The notes: generated by a model from the sequence alone, not told the origin. Shown: positions 1 through 12,351, numbered from the whole stretch's first letter. The stretch is 63,205 bases of DNA, filler included, from Olpidium bornovanus S191 (GCA_017911155.1; 32 parts of 32 records of this genome joined end to end with filler, not necessarily neighbours in it), one strand, 5' to 3'. Program-made: numbers and translations.

Positions 1-147
1 GCCGACGCTGCTCCCACCGGTACTTTTCCAGCCTCTCCTCGTGCCTGCGGTGCTCCGCCTGCCGCGCAGCTCGCCGCCGCTCCTCAACCTCCAGGTGCTC
101 CAGCTGGCGGGCCCTCGCATGGGTCGCCCTCGTTTCTCCCTCTTTTC

Positions 148-183
<36 letters not shown>

Positions 184-1147
184 GCGTTTCAGTCTTCATC
201 CGTGGCATGAGCTGTCCAGTTGTAGCGGCCCGAATCGCGTGGTTCGTTTGCGTTGCCCTCGTCGCTGTACCTGGCTTCGTCTTGGCGGTACAGTCCTTGT
301 TCGGCTTCCGGCGGGACTACCCCGTGATAGTCGTCGAAGCCCGCCAATCGGTTCAGTAGCACCAGTAGATCCCTTCGATGCTGGAGCACGGTCCACCTCG
401 CCACCGGCGTGAAATAAGTGCGGTATTGGAAGACGAGAAAGCTGTAGGCGGCGGCGTCGAGATCGAAAGTCCTCCGCCGTGCCGCCGTCAGTCCTCCGTG
501 GAAAGCTTCGTGCGCTGTCCCCATCAGAGTATTCCAACGCCCTCGCTCCCGCTCCTGTAAGCGAACGATCTGGTCTCTCTTGAATTCCGGCAGCTCCGTC
601 AGTGGCCGCCGTCGTCTCCTCCTGCCGCGACTTGGGTCGACGGTCGTTTGGCTGTCGAGCGCGTCGCCGGTCTCGTCGACGTCGATCCAGGACTCGCCGT
701 CGTGTCCGTTGGGAGCCCCGTCTCCGCTCTCTGGGCTCGCGTTTTCGCCGTTCGTCGCTGGGGCGACGACGGTTCGCCTCCCGTCGGAGCGGAACTCGTG
801 TTCGTTGTATCGCTTCGGCCGGCGGTCAGGCGATGCTGCTCGTTGCCATCACCCGTCGACGCCGCTTCCCGTGCCGTAGCCTCCTCGAGCTCTGCAAATG
901 ACTTTTTGGATGCCCGACAATTCGGGTCTCGCCTCCGCGGTTTCTCTCGCTTCCCGTTCGAAAGTGCTGGGCGCGGTGCACCCGAAACTGCTCGGCCCGA
1001 AAGCGGCATCGTGGTCGCGCGGTTTCCGCCGGTAACTCCGGGCGCGATCGGGCGGTCCTCTTCCTCCTCGACAGCTTCGGGCGCGTCGACATCGATCACG
1101 TCGGCTTCGGTCCCGGTAGCTGCACGGCGCACGGCTCCCGAGGACAT
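1..1147 (-). CDS. Hypothetical protein fragment, frame and exon structure unresolved
   Basis: Protein-like minus-strand reads (RDQIVRLQERERGRWNTLMGTAHEAF...; coiled-coil-like RQLEHLEVEERRRAARQAEHRRHEERLEK near 1-130). No family recognised. Confidence 0.25.
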
Positions 1148-1222
1148 CCCCGCATTTGAGTATGACGTGCTTCAGTCCTTTTACCCCAAAGTCCGCTACC
1201 TAAAAAAGGCGGGGGAGAAAAC

Positions 1223-1275
<53 letters not shown>

Positions 1276-1306
1276 CCCCCCACACCCCCCCCCCCCCCCC
1301 CCCCCC

Positions 1307-1406
1307 NNNNNNNNNNNNNNNNNNNNNNNNNNNNNNNNNNNNNNNNNNNNTTAATTAATTAANNNNNNNNNNNNNNNNNNNNNNNNNNNNNNNNNNNNNN
1401 NNNNNN
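1307..1406. other. Artificial contig spacer (first of 31 identical 100-nt spacers)
   Basis: 44 N + TTAATTAATTAA (stops in all six frames) + 44 N. The same block recurs with the 12-mer at 1351, 4700, 7266, 10009, 11550, 13000 ... 59456, 60964. Confidence 0.98.
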
Positions 1407-2585
1407 GCATGTACGCTCTGGGCTCCCGCCAGGTAACGGTCTTTGGCGTCTGGCCCGCAACCAGCCGCACCAGGGCCAGCATATCCGCTTCCGCGTCGGC
1501 CGGGTGGACCTTCTCCTCCTCGGCAAAGAAGTGGCTCATGAAGCTGACGAGAGACTTTCTGACGCCGCTCTGCTTTTTCTGCGGCACCTCGCCGAGGTGC
1601 TGAACGGCAGTGAAGACACCCGGAACGCCTTGGGCCATTATCGCCGAAAGAGCTCTCAATCCCGCCTCATCCACCTCCTCCTTGGCGCTGACGATGAACA
1701 TCACGAAGTCGGCCACCTTGACGGCGTCCAGCACGGCGGTGAGGTCTGCGTCGCGCGTCGCGGCGTCGCCGCCGAAAGTGGGGCGTAAAAACTGCAGGCG
1801 CTGTTTCAGGCTGTCTGTCGCGAGGGTAAAGTGGCACGAGGAAGCGGCCGCCGGCGCCTCCGCACCGCCGGACCGGAAAGCGCTCTCGATGATGGCCGAT
1901 GGCGAAACGTCTGGGCAGAGAGGCACGACCGCCTGACGGGGTTCCAGTAGTCGAGGACGCGGTCCATTTGGCAAGTGAAGTTTGGAACTCCAGCGTCAGG
2001 GAGATTGATCAAAAAGAGCGGAAAGCGCGACGGCCAGCGCGCCAAAATGCGGACTCCGCGTCCCGACTTCCCCCCTCCCCCCTTCTTTTTTTTGTTCCCC
2101 GCGGCAAAACGCACAATTATCTTCGGCGCCCCTCTCCTCCCGTCGAACACCCTGTTCGCCTTGACCAGCTCAAAACGCTTCTTCTTCTGCTCCAGCCGCG
2201 CTGCATTCCGCCTGTCGGCCTTCGTCGCCGCGTGTCGGACCTTGGCGGACTTGAGCGAAACCCGCTCGACTTTGCCTTGTTTGGCAGACAAGGGTACAGC
2301 GAAGGCGGAACAAGGGAGGGCGAAGGGGGAAGTGTGTCAGGGCGGACAAAAGTTTTTTATTTTTCCTTTTGTTTGTTTCTCCTCTGGCCAAAACCGCGGG
2401 CGCCGTCGGCGCTCCCCCTCCCGCACTCCCTGTTCTTCGCGAGCGCACTGACCCTTCGCCCTGTCCTTCAGCTCGGCCTTCGTGGCGTACCTGGACTTGA
2501 ACGGCTTGTTCTGCTGTTTCTGGGTGGGGCGGTGCGAGTGGTGCTGCTGCTGCTGCTGCTTCTTCTTCTTCTTCTCCGCCGCCAT
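1407..2585 (-). CDS. TSR1: Pre-rRNA-processing protein TSR1, 3'-partial. Exons 2453-2585, 2115-2275, 1407-1932
   Basis: HHSHRPTQKQQNKPFKSRYATKAELKDRAKG/KVE...RNAARL...FDGRRGAPKII/AVVPL...LDAVKVADFVMF follows the Tsr1 N-terminus. GT-AG junctions keep the frame. Confidence 0.93.
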
Positions 2586-2629
2586 GGCGCGCGACGGGGG
2601 TCGACGGGGAAAGGAGGGTCGACGGTCTT

Positions 2630-2697
<68 letters not shown>

Positions 2698-2729
2698 GCG
2701 GGCGGGGGCGCGCCCCCCGCCCCCCCCCC

Positions 2730-2774
<45 letters not shown>

Positions 2775-3189
2775 CCCCCTTCAACAAGGGCAAGACGCGG
2801 CAGTGCACACAGGCCCGACCCGAGCGCGCACCCGCGCCTTCCTCGCCGGGATCTCTCTCTCTCTCTCTCTCTCTCTCGCTTTCTCTCTCGCTCGCTCGCC
2901 CGCGCGCGTCGCCGTGACGCCCGCCGAACCGCGCCGCTTCGCCCCGGCCGCGCCGCCGGCGGAGCGCCGTCCGGTGCTGCCGCCGGGACGCCGGCTTGCC
3001 CGCGTGTTCCCGCCCCGCTCCCCTCCGGTAAGCCGTAGGAAAAAAAACAACAACAACGCGTTCCTTTCCCGCCCGGTTCGGCGCCCGCGCTCTTCTTCCG
3101 CGCGCTCGTGGGGCCCGTCGCCGGCCGAAGCCCCTCCCCTCCTCGTCCGCTGCTCGGCGCTGTTTTTTTTTTTTTTTTCCCTCTTCTCG

Positions 3190-4560
3190 CAATACGGCTC
3201 ACCGTCGTGCCGCGCTTGCGGGCTTCAGCCGCCGGCAGCAGGAGGGGACGGCGGCGGGACGCCGAGCAAAGTCCCGACACTGCGGCACCTCGCGGTGCAG
3301 GCGGCCGCGTTCTGGATCGGGTCCGTCGAGGACCTCTCCGCGCTGCCGTTTCGGCCGTTCGGTGCGTGGCTGCTCGGGGAGGTGACGAACCCGACGCACC
3401 GCGCCTCCCTGGAGTCGCTCCGGAGGTCGACCTACCTGACCCCGGAGGTCCTGGGCCGGTTCTTCCGCGCGTATTTCGCCGACCGCGGCGCAGGCGGGGC
3501 GGCCGCCGCCGCAGCGGACTGCTGCCCCCCGTCGTTTGGCGCGCTGTGGCTCCGCGGGGTGACGCTGACGCCGGCGCGCGTCCGGTGCCTGCGTTCGATC
3601 GCCGCGTTCATCACCCACCTGGACGTCGCCGGCGTCCGCGAGATCGACGACGCCGTCTGCGCGGCCGTCCTCGCGCACCTCGCCAGCGCGCGGACCCTCG
3701 TCCTGGCGAACACCGCGGTCACAAACCTCGGGCTGGCGCACATGGCGCGGGCGGCAGGCGGCGGCCGCGGCAGCCTCCGCGCCCTGGAATACCTGTGCCT
3801 GCGAGGCTGCAGGAGCGTCACGGACGCCGGCGTCGTCAGAAGCCTGCCGAAGCTGCCGAGGCTGACGGTCGTCGAGCTCACAGGGAGCGGCGCCAACGAG
3901 GAGGCGGCGGGGAGGATTCTGGAGCGGATCCACGGCTTCCGGAAGCTGGCGCCCGCGGAACCGTTTCTGGCGTCGAGCGCCGCGGAAACGGGCCCCGCAA
4001 CGCGCTGGTTCGACTCGCCGTTCTGCGACGCCGGCGACGACGCGGTCGCGGTCAATACTCCGGCCATGTGGGGCGACCGCGGCGAGAAGTGGTCCGGCAG
4101 CGGCCTCTGGCGCATGCTGATGGAAAGCGACGTCGGCCTGAATCCGACGCCCCTGGCGCGCTTGTGGGACGCCGGATCGACCTTTTGGCGCTCGCTGGAA
4201 GTCTCGTCTCGACTGTCCGCCGGACGTTCGTGCCGGAACCTGCCGGATCAGGATCCCCCTCTGATATATCATCGAGATCCGAACGTTCCTGCGCTCGAGC
4301 GGCGGCCCGCCGGTGCGGTTCTGCGGCCGCACGTCGAACGACTTGGAGGAAAAGAGCCGGGAGAACGCGCAAGCGCCGGAGCTGACGCAGCCGTTCTGCT
4401 GCGGAAGCGGCGGCGGGCGGCGGACGAGTCCCTGCTCGTGGAGGAAGCGCTGCGAATGTACCAGTCTGATTCACCATTGCTACGCAACGGACAGTCGCCG
4501 AATCCCTCGGTCCCAACACGCCGAAAATCGCTTTTCGGAGCGCTTCAGGAGCCAGGATAA
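3190..4560 (+). CDS. Leucine-rich-repeat (RNI/AMN1-like) protein, start uncertain, divergent from TSR1
   Basis: Long open frame with VPTLRHLA motif and LRR-like units (ITHLDVAGVREIDD, LVLANTAVTNLGL, LEYLCLRGCRSVTDAGV, LTVVELTGS). Stop at 4560. Confidence 0.65.
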   Translation, partial: QYGSPSCRACGLQPPAAGGDGGGTPSKVPTLRHLAVQAAAFWIGSVEDLSALPFRPFGAWLLGEVTNPTHRASLESLRRSTYLTPEVLGRFFRAYFADRGAGGAAAAAADCCPPSFGALWLRGVTLTPARVRCLRSIAAFITHLDVAGVREIDDAVCAAVLAHLASARTLVLANTAVTNLGLAHMARAAGGGRGSLRALEYLCLRGCRSVTDAGVVRSLPKLPRLTVVELTGSGANEEAAGRILERIHGFRKLAPAEPFLASSAAETGPATRWFDSPFCDAGDDAVAVNTPAMWGDRGEKWSGSGLWRMLMESDVGLNPTPLARLWDAGSTFWRSLEVSSRLSAGRSCRNLPDQDPPLIYHRDPNVPALERRPAGAVLRPHVERLGGKEPGERASAGADAAVLLRKRRRAADESLLVEEALRMYQSDSPLLRNGQSPNPSVPTRRKSLFGALQEPG

Positions 4561-4788
4561 GGAGATGATAGTACGTGTCCGATTGAGTGTGTCGTGCTTT
4601 TCTGAGGCCGCTCAGCACCGTCTCCAATCCTAGGCCTCCGGAGACAGGCCCCCCCNNNNNNNNNNNNNNNNNNNNNNNNNNNNNNNNNNNNNNNNNNNNT
4701 TAATTAATTAANNNNNNNNNNNNNNNNNNNNNNNNNNNNNNNNNNNNNNNNNNNNCCCCCCCCCCCCCAAACAAACAAAAAAAAAAAA

Positions 4789-4842
<54 letters not shown>

Positions 4843-4916
4843 CCTTCCCCCGCGCGTTCCCCGCCATCACCCCGCCCCCCTGCCGCGCTTCCCTTACCGG
4901 CGAGTCCGGAACGAAA

Positions 4917-6491
4917 ATGGCACCTCCCGCCGCCCAGGTTTCCAGGAAGGGGGCCAGCAACCTCGCGTCCGACCTGCGGGACGACGACGCTGCCGTGCAG
5001 ACCGCCCACCACAAGGCCCCGCTCACCGCACAGCGCCGAGTCCCCGCCGATTTGTCTGAGAAGATCCCCGACGCCGGTGGGTTGCTCCGCGCGGCAGCCG
5101 GATCCGGCGCCAGCGGCGAGCGACGCTTTGAGCTGGAACAGGCTCCCACCCTGCGCAATTCGACGAAGCTCATTCGAAAAAGAAAAAAAAAAAACCTTTT
5201 GCGGGACCCCTCCCCCGTTCTTTTTTTTTTTTCCCTTGTGTTTGACCCCGCGCCGCGGCAACCTGTCGACAAGGCGTCCCGCGGGCTGTCAACTGCCCCA
5301 GTATCGAACAACCGCACGGAACCCCGGAGTACGCGAAAGCTGCTTACGGCACGCCACTGCAGCAGCACATTGCGTTCTTCGGTAAAAAAAATTTTTTGCG
5401 CGCGCGTTTTCCCGGCTGTGCGGTGCTGCACTTGTGTTTCTCGTCTTTTTCCCTGTGACTTCGGCTAAGGCGCTCCGTGGCCTGATTCGAAACTGCAGAC
5501 CGCAACGAGGATGGTATCATCACGCCACTCGAGACGTATGACGGCCTCCGCAGGATAGGGTTTAACATCCTTCTCAGCATCTTTGGAGTCTTCATCATCC
5601 ACTTTGGACTTGCGTATATGTCTCAGGTCGGTGATGAAGTTTGGCGGCCTCCTTATTGCTCCTACAAAGCTTTTGTCCGTCTTTGTTTTTCCTTGTTTTT
5701 GCGTTTTCTTTCACCGGCCACATCTTTCGTTTCCTGTGGTGTATAAGCAGTTATTCGACCTCAATGCCTTCTTGCTTTCCTCACGTGTTTTGGTTTCATA
5801 TGAATTTCTTGGATACCGTACCGACTTGCAGCTGAACGTCAATTCTTGATAAACAGGACTCCTGGATTCCCGACCCATTTTTCAGGATCCTTGTGAAAAA
5901 CATTCACAAGGTCAGAAGGATTCCTTCATTTGGGGGGGTAGTTTGATGGCAGCTGATGAGCGCGTTTCGTGCTGATGACTGTTTACAGTGCAAGCACGGT
6001 TCGGACACGGCGGTTTACGACACGGAAGGGCGCTTTATTCCCCAGAAGATGGAAGAGATATTTAGCAAATATGACAAAGTGAGGGCTTGCGGTGAACCTT
6101 GCAGAATAGAACTGGAGGGATTCCCCATTTCTTATACAGCAACGGACTGCCCTCTAGGAGAATAAAGGGCATCTCACACTGAAGGATTTACTCGTCGTGA
6201 CCGAATCCAACCGGAACGCCCTTGACATCTTTGGCTGGATCGCTTCCAAGTTTGAGTGGGGAGCCCTGGTAAATTTGCCACGCGCTCAGCCAAACTACCC
6301 ACCTCCCGCGGCCTTCCGTTCGTTGTTTTCTGCCGCGCAGCTGACCCATCGACGAATTCTGTGCTCTCAAGTGGCTTCTCTGCCAGCGTGGCGGCAAAAT
6401 CAGTCGCGAAGATGTTCGCAGCTGCTACGACGGATCTCTGTTTTACCGTAGGGAGAGGGAACAAGCCGAGCGTCGGCGTGCACGGCGTTAG
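4917..6491 (+). CDS. Caleosin/peroxygenase, multi-exon (later exons 5499-5626, 5857-5910, 5989-6078, 6158-6268, 6372-6491), start uncertain
   Basis: Spliced product LQQHIAFF/DRNEDGIITPLETYDG...WIPDPFFRILVKNIHK/CKHGSDTAVYDTEGRFIPQKMEEIFSKY...FGWIASKFEWGAL...CYDGSLFY: EF-hand, both conserved His and the proline-knot region. Confidence 0.92.
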
Positions 6492-7368
6492 CGGAGCCTG
6501 AACTGAACTCCTGCCCCAATCGCAAAGTCGACATGTGCAGCAAGTGAAGCGTCCCAACCGTTTTTTTCGACGTAGGAAAACGAGACGGAACCTAGAACAG
6601 CAAGAAGCCAAAACAAAGAATCATAACCGCGGCTTGACTACCATTCATTGCTACGTGCCTCAAAGCCGGCTGTTTGGCCGCCGGCTTATCTTCCTTTCTT
6701 GTGCGACGCCTGACGTTGCAATCAGAAGAACTCCGGCTGAACGTAGTCCCAGTATGTTTAGGAATCCCGCGCACTGCTATACCTCGTTTTCGTCGCCTGG
6801 ATTCCCGCCTGCATTCCGACAAAAGCGTCCATCCCGCAGTTCTGCCGCCAGCCCGTGCGCGACGCGTACGAGAATTCAATGCCAAATAAGGACCGTCCTG
6901 CCGGGTTTGGTGATCCGGAACCGCACCCGGTCAGATTAAAAAGAGAACGGGTGTCCTCCGGATAAGACTTCCGTCCGTGGGAATGCCTATCGAAGACTTG
7001 TCACGAGCTTCAATGTGCCGAAGTTACGCATGGGCAACGGTTTCGGGGTAGATCACGTGGGACAAAAAAGCGTTGGAGTACATTATCTCCCACATCCTGC
7101 CATGGTTGTGCGTAAACCTGGCGGTTGCCAGCTGCCTTAAATGACGGACGCGAGTATTGTGACCGGGGACCGAGAGGGTAAAGAGAGCAGTGCGCGCGAG
7201 CAGAGATAAACCAGCACATCANNNNNNNNNNNNNNNNNNNNNNNNNNNNNNNNNNNNNNNNNNNNTTAATTAATTAANNNNNNNNNNNNNNNNNNNNNNN
7301 NNNNNNNNNNNNNNNNNNNNNGAAACAAAAAAGGGGGGGGGGGGGGGGGGCGCCGCCCCCCCCCCCCG

Positions 7369-7405
<37 letters not shown>

Positions 7406-7414
7406 CTCTCCCCG

Positions 7415-7760
7415 GTGATCGCAAACACCGGCCGCGGTCTAGTATACTTCCAATGCCACCAACGCGGGCATACAGCCCAGGACTACCCTAAAAATCGAGT
7501 GGATCAAGCCGCCGCGGCTGAAATGCCCAAGAATACGGTCGTGGATCAACTGGACCTCGAGCTTCGACCGTACCGCGCGCGACCTAAATGCGGATATCTG
7601 CGCCGCATTCTCTGATCTCGAGGTGGCCGAGATCCAAGCTGACGGGGACCCATCCAAATTGGGCCCAGCTCCGCTCCAATTCACTTTGCCCCGTGACCGT
7701 CAACGGCGATGACACCCAGGGCCACCTAGACTCCGTCTCGTCGTAAATGTTTGTAATCCC
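7415..7760 (+). mobile_element. Decayed LTR-retrotransposon (Ty3/Gypsy-like) gag zinc knuckle and protease remnant
   Basis: Degenerate CCHC (YFQCHQRGHTAQDYP), then PVTVNGDDTQGHLDSVSS* resembling the retroviral protease LDSG motif. Stops present. Confidence 0.55.
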
Positions 7761-7767
7761 GACAGCA

Positions 7768-8055
7768 GCAGCCCGCGGGAACTTTCACATCCAACCGCAT
7801 CATCGCTCAGTCCTGCTCGCGTATAACCAGATGGCAGCCATCACTGCAGCCCGCGGGAACTTTCACATCCAACCGCATCATCGCTCAGTCCTGCTCGCGT
7901 ATAACCAGATGGCAGCCATCACGGGGCCTGACGCGAGCGGTTATCCAATGTAAGGCCCGCTCTGCGGCAGTGAGGAACCTTCACATCCGACCGCATCACC
8001 GCCCAGTCCTGCTAGTGTTCAACCAGATGGCAGCCATCACCGCCCTGACGCGAGT
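7768..8055. repeat. 78-bp tandem repeat: two identical copies (7768-7922) plus a diverged third copy (about 7974-8055)
   Basis: GCAGCCCGCGGGAACTTTCACATCCAACCGCATC... starts at 7768 and 7846. The third copy keeps TTCACATCCGACCGCATCA...AACCAGATGGCAGCCATCAC. Confidence 0.93.
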
Positions 8056-9026
8056 AACTGTCCATTGTAATTGAGGCACTGTCGACATCACCGCCGGTGT
8101 TGGAGCGCTCTTGCTCTGGACAACGCGCGCTGCATTGATCCCGGGCAATTGGGTGCGCCCCTTGCACCAAATCCCCCCCCATCCACTTCCTTCTCACGGC
8201 ACGCGCAAACACATGAACACCACCGCCAGCGCCACCGCATCAATCACCGCGGGCAGACGCAAGACGCCTTGGCTGCCGGGCCGGGGGGCCCGGACGCTGT
8301 AGCCGCCCGGCGCCGAGGTCGTTCGTCGGTCAAGAAAAAGCTTGCCATATTCGTAGTGCCTTTTCTTCTTTCCCTTCCCGCTCTCCGGAAGAGAATTCAG
8401 CGTTGTTTTCTTCTCCCTTCCCGTCGCATTTTTTTTTTAGGTTTTTTTCTTCCCGTTTTTTGCGCGCGCGCGGGATCCGGCGCGAGGAGGGCGTTGCGAG
8501 GAAGGGTTTACCCCGAATTCTGTCCTGCTTCGTGTCTGGTAAGAGCGACGGTTTTTTTTTTTTTTTTTTTTTTCCCGCACTGGTATCGTGAATAGCCGGA
8601 TCCCGGCGGAAACGACTTTCTCCGGAGTGGTGGGTGAGGCTTTTGGGCGAAATGCAAGTAGAGGATACTACGGTAAACGAGGCAGTCCTCGCTAGCTCAA
8701 CTGCCTCTCGTACCTCGTATCCTCGGGCGCTGCTTCGCCTTCGGCTCGCAGCACCGACAGAGTGAGCGGGACAGAGAAAGAGAGAGAGAGGGAGAGAGGG
8801 AAAAACCGCGTCCATCGTCCCCCGCAAAACGGTCGCACCGTGGGGGAAGGATTTCAGGCCTGGTGGGGAGGAGGGGGGAAGCGGGGAAGCGGGGGGGAGG
8901 TTGGTAGATGTCCTGCGCACAAACGGACGGGGCTGGGGGCGCGCGCGGGGCGGCGGGATCGTGAGCGGAGTCGTTCCGAGTTGTAAGGATCACAAAAATC
9001 CCGGTGCACTTTCTTTCTTTCTTTCT

Positions 9027-9057
<31 letters not shown>

Positions 9058-10069
9058 CCGTTCGCGAATTGAACCGAATTTGGGTCCGGTTTTTGCGGGA
9101 AAGGGGGCGCGGTCGGTTCAATCGAATGGTGGGGATCTGCATTTAGGGGGTGCGCCGACGTCCGCTTTTCAAGAAACACCCCCACACACGCCGTTCCTCC
9201 TTGCCAATTGCTCTCTTCCCCCCCCATGCCATGCCGTTTTGTTCTGTGCATGCGCTCCAAAAAGAGAGAGAGAGAGAAAGAGACGACGCGCAATCCACAT
9301 CCGTCCCGGGCCCGCCTGCGCCGGGGGTGGGCGGGAAAAAAAATGGAAAACAGCAGCGGCGGGCATGGCAAGCAGCTGGATCCCGTTCCTGTGCGCGCAA
9401 TAAATGCGAGAATCCCCGCAAACATGTTGTTCCGCGACCCGTCGTTCGGACGGGCGCAAATACCCGTATGTACATAAATGGGGTGAGCGGGACGGGCTTT
9501 ATACCCGCCAGCAAATGGCCGGCGATGGGGGAAAGCTGTTGGGGAAAGGGGGGAGGATAGATGAAAATAAGGATAGATTGGGCGAAAGACTACAAATGTC
9601 CCGGGGCAATGATAGATGCGCATGTGGACTAGGTGGGCGAAAAAAAGATGGAATATTAAACATAATGACAAGCGGATTCGTAAAAACGAGACAGGGCCGC
9701 CCACGGGCAAATGGTGGGGGATGGGGAGGGTGCTTGGAAAGGGGGAGGGAAGGGGGGGGGGGGGGGGGGGGGAAAAGGGGGGGGGGGCGGGGGGGCAGGG
9801 GGGGGAAGGGGGGGGGGGGGGGGGGGGTGAGGCCCTAGGGGGTGGCGGCCGGCCACCAACCTCTCCGCGAACCAATGCGCTGACGACCGCAGTGTGCTTC
9901 CCCGGGGCCCGCTCCCTCTCTGCTTTTCACTTTCGCCCGCAGGTCGTGTGGCAGTGCATTAATCNNNNNNNNNNNNNNNNNNNNNNNNNNNNNNNNNNNN
10001 NNNNNNNNTTAATTAATTAANNNNNNNNNNNNNNNNNNNNNNNNNNNNNNNNNNNNNNNNNNNNAATAC

Positions 10070-10075
10070 AAAAAA
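10070..10075 (-). terminator. Pol III oligo-T terminator of tRNA-Lys
   Basis: T-run immediately 3' of the tRNA on the minus strand. Confidence 0.8.
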
Positions 10076-10148
10076 AGCCCAACGCGGGGGTCGAACCCGC
10101 AACCTTGAGATTAAGAGTCTCACGCTCTGCCGATTGAGCTAGCCGGGC
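10076..10148 (-). tRNA. tRNA-Lys (anticodon CTT), intronless, 73 nt
   Basis: GCCCGGCTAGCTCAATCGGCAGAGCGTGAGACTCTTAATCTCAAGGTTGCGGGTTCGACCCCCGCGTTGGGCT folds into a cloverleaf with A and B boxes. Confidence 0.97.
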
Positions 10149-11285
10149 GCGGGCGACAAACTCGATTCGCATTCTTTCGTTCATGTCCACCAACCTGCCC
10201 TCCCTGCAGCGCAAAGATCCCGTCCGCGGTCAGTTTCCGCCACGCGGCTCAAAGCGGTCCTCGCCTCCCGCGACGCCAAAGGTCCTCCACGCGCTTTTCG
10301 CCCTCGTCCCTCCACAAAAGCGCGCCGAGTCCGTCTACGCTGCTCGTCCTGACAGACGCCGCCCCCGTTGCCGATGCGGCGGGCGAAAGTCGCTGGCCCG
10401 GAGGGCCGTCCAAATCAGCTCGGCCTTTTCCCCGCTTCACTCGGCAGCCGGCTCGTTTATCAGTAGCGTCGAAACGACTGGTGAAAAAAATAATTCGCAC
10501 GCCCTTCCGAGCTCGTCCGAGGAAGGCAATGGATAAACGGGACTTCCGCTTTCGACCCGCTTGCGGCCGCACGGAACGTGCTCGGCAAAAAACGGGCGGA
10601 AAACGGTGGGGGAGCGGGCTTTTGCCGCAGCAGACGCGGCCCTTCTCTCCCTTCCCCCGGGCCCGCCCGAGTCCGCGCCTGGAGATGTCCGCTTGGTCTC
10701 TTCCGGACTCCCGGGGGAGGGCGCACCGACGCGGGCAGGTTCGTCTTCGCGCTTCAGATCTCGGCTGCGCTGGTCCCGCGCCCCATCGCGAGAGAGGCGG
10801 GATTACCGCGAGGCCTGGGCAGCTTTTGAAATTTGCGGCAGTCTGGTAACAAGAGAGAAGCAGAGGTAGGGGAGAGAGGGCAAACTCCCCCCTTCCCCAG
10901 AAAAAAAAGCCGGTTTTTCCCGCGGGGCGGCAGCTGCCCCGCCGGGTTTTCCAAGCGGGCGCATGGAGGCCGACGACGGCGGCGCCCAAGCTCGTTCGCC
11001 GAGATCGCGCTCGCCTTGTAGACGCCCGGGTCCTGCGGCGACGACCGGAGGCCCCGACGGCTCGGACGCGTCGCAGCCCCACGAGCGGACGGGGGCTGCA
11101 CGGCGATCGCGCGATTTCACATTCGCATATGCCCTGAAAACACACATGCATACGTACAACATGCGATAGATTAAGGACCAGGGGAGAGGGGAGGTGGTTG
11201 GAGAGCATGGTTACCCACCGACGGTCGGCTTCCCCCCCCCGCCCCTCCCCCCGCGACGCCCTGGGGGGACGTTCCCGGACAGAAA

Positions 11286-11287
<2 letters not shown>

Positions 11288-11322
<35 letters not shown>
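11288..11322. repeat. (AT)n microsatellite
   Basis: Uninterrupted AT dinucleotide run. Confidence 0.95.
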
Positions 11323-11327
<5 letters not shown>

Positions 11328-11605
11328 TTGTGACGGGGCATTTGACGCCCTGCAAAATCCGAGCGCGCGTCTGCGCGCGTTTTCCATGCGAACCCCGCCC
11401 GCGCAACGTCCGCTTCCCCCCGGCCCGCTCTGCGGATATTTGATCAGATTTAGGCTCCGGGGCGCCGCGCCACGCGTCAGGACGCCCGCTTCCTCGGCTC
11501 CGGCTNNNNNNNNNNNNNNNNNNNNNNNNNNNNNNNNNNNNNNNNNNNNTTAATTAATTAANNNNNNNNNNNNNNNNNNNNNNNNNNNNNNNNNNNNNNN
11601 NNNNN

Positions 11606-11683
11606 CACGGACGAGAAGTGGCGCAGGTACTGCTCGATCTCCTTCCTTGACCCGATGTTGTAAAGGAGCTTCACGATCGTGTC
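11606..11683 (-). CDS. ARG5,6: Single exon of acetylglutamate kinase/reductase precursor (ARG5,6), partial
   Basis: After a TAG acceptor the exon reads DTIVKLLYNIGSRKEIEQYLRHFSSV, matching the conserved start of the fungal Arg5,6 kinase domain. Not present in the supplied ORF track. Confidence 0.8.
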
Positions 11684-11749
11684 CTACGCGAAACCCGCCC
11701 CGCTTTTTCGCCCTGCCCACACCCCCCCTCGGTCGGAGGGGAAAACTCG

Positions 11750-11801
<52 letters not shown>

Positions 11802-11811
11802 AAAAAAGGGG

Positions 11812-11844
<33 letters not shown>

Positions 11845-11859
11845 AGCGGAAAAAAAAAA

Positions 11860-11919
11860 GAACAAAAAAAAGAACAAAAAAAAGAACAAAAAAAAGAACA
11901 AAAAAAAGAACAAAAAAAA
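11860..11919. repeat. Five copies of 12-mer GAACAAAAAAAA, within the likely ARG5,6 intron
   Basis: G positions at 11860, 11872, 11884, 11896, 11908. Confidence 0.9.
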
Positions 11920-12351
11920 ACAAGCGTTGTGGCGTCCGTTTCCGGTCTCGCCTGCGGGGCTCCTCCTTAACCCGACACCCCGCCGCGCCGCACCCCGACC
12001 CCCCCCCCCCCACCTGTTGAAACAAAGGGGGGGCGGCGCCCGCGTGGCTCCGGCGGAAATCCCCCGGTCCACCCCTTTCCTCCCTCTGTAAACTCGCAAC
12101 ACCTTTGAGGTACAAATAGGCCTGTATTCCGTAGAGATTCCACAACTCAGCGAACAGCTCAAAACAAAAGAAGTTCCCGGTCCTCCCTCTAAAAAAAGGC
12201 GCCGTCCTTGTCTTCCTGCCCTCGTCCTTGTTCGGCCACTGCCCGTGGAAGTAAAAAGTCCTTCCCCCCCCCCCCCCCCCCCCCCCCACGCGCACAACCC
12301 GCGCCCGGAGAGATCGCAAACGGTCACACACCCGCCCGCCCGGTTTTCCAA

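Noticed and set aside
2669-2737. G-run/C-run foldback centred on GCGCGC upstream of TSR1 (similar at about 7333-7404)
   Set aside because: Made of homopolymers whose lengths are unreliable; cannot be separated from sequencing artefact.
7768-8055. 78-bp repeats as a CRISPR-like array
   Set aside because: Units are contiguous with no unique spacers, there are no cas genes, and the context is a eukaryotic retroelement remnant.
9943-9964. Exon VVWQCIN after a CAG acceptor, resembling the MAK16 N-terminus
   Set aside because: Only seven codons before the gap and no matching upstream exon found.
10183-10230. MSTNLPSLQRKDP resembling the SDA1 N-terminus
   Set aside because: Similarity is short, spacing differs, and no further SDA1-like exons were found.
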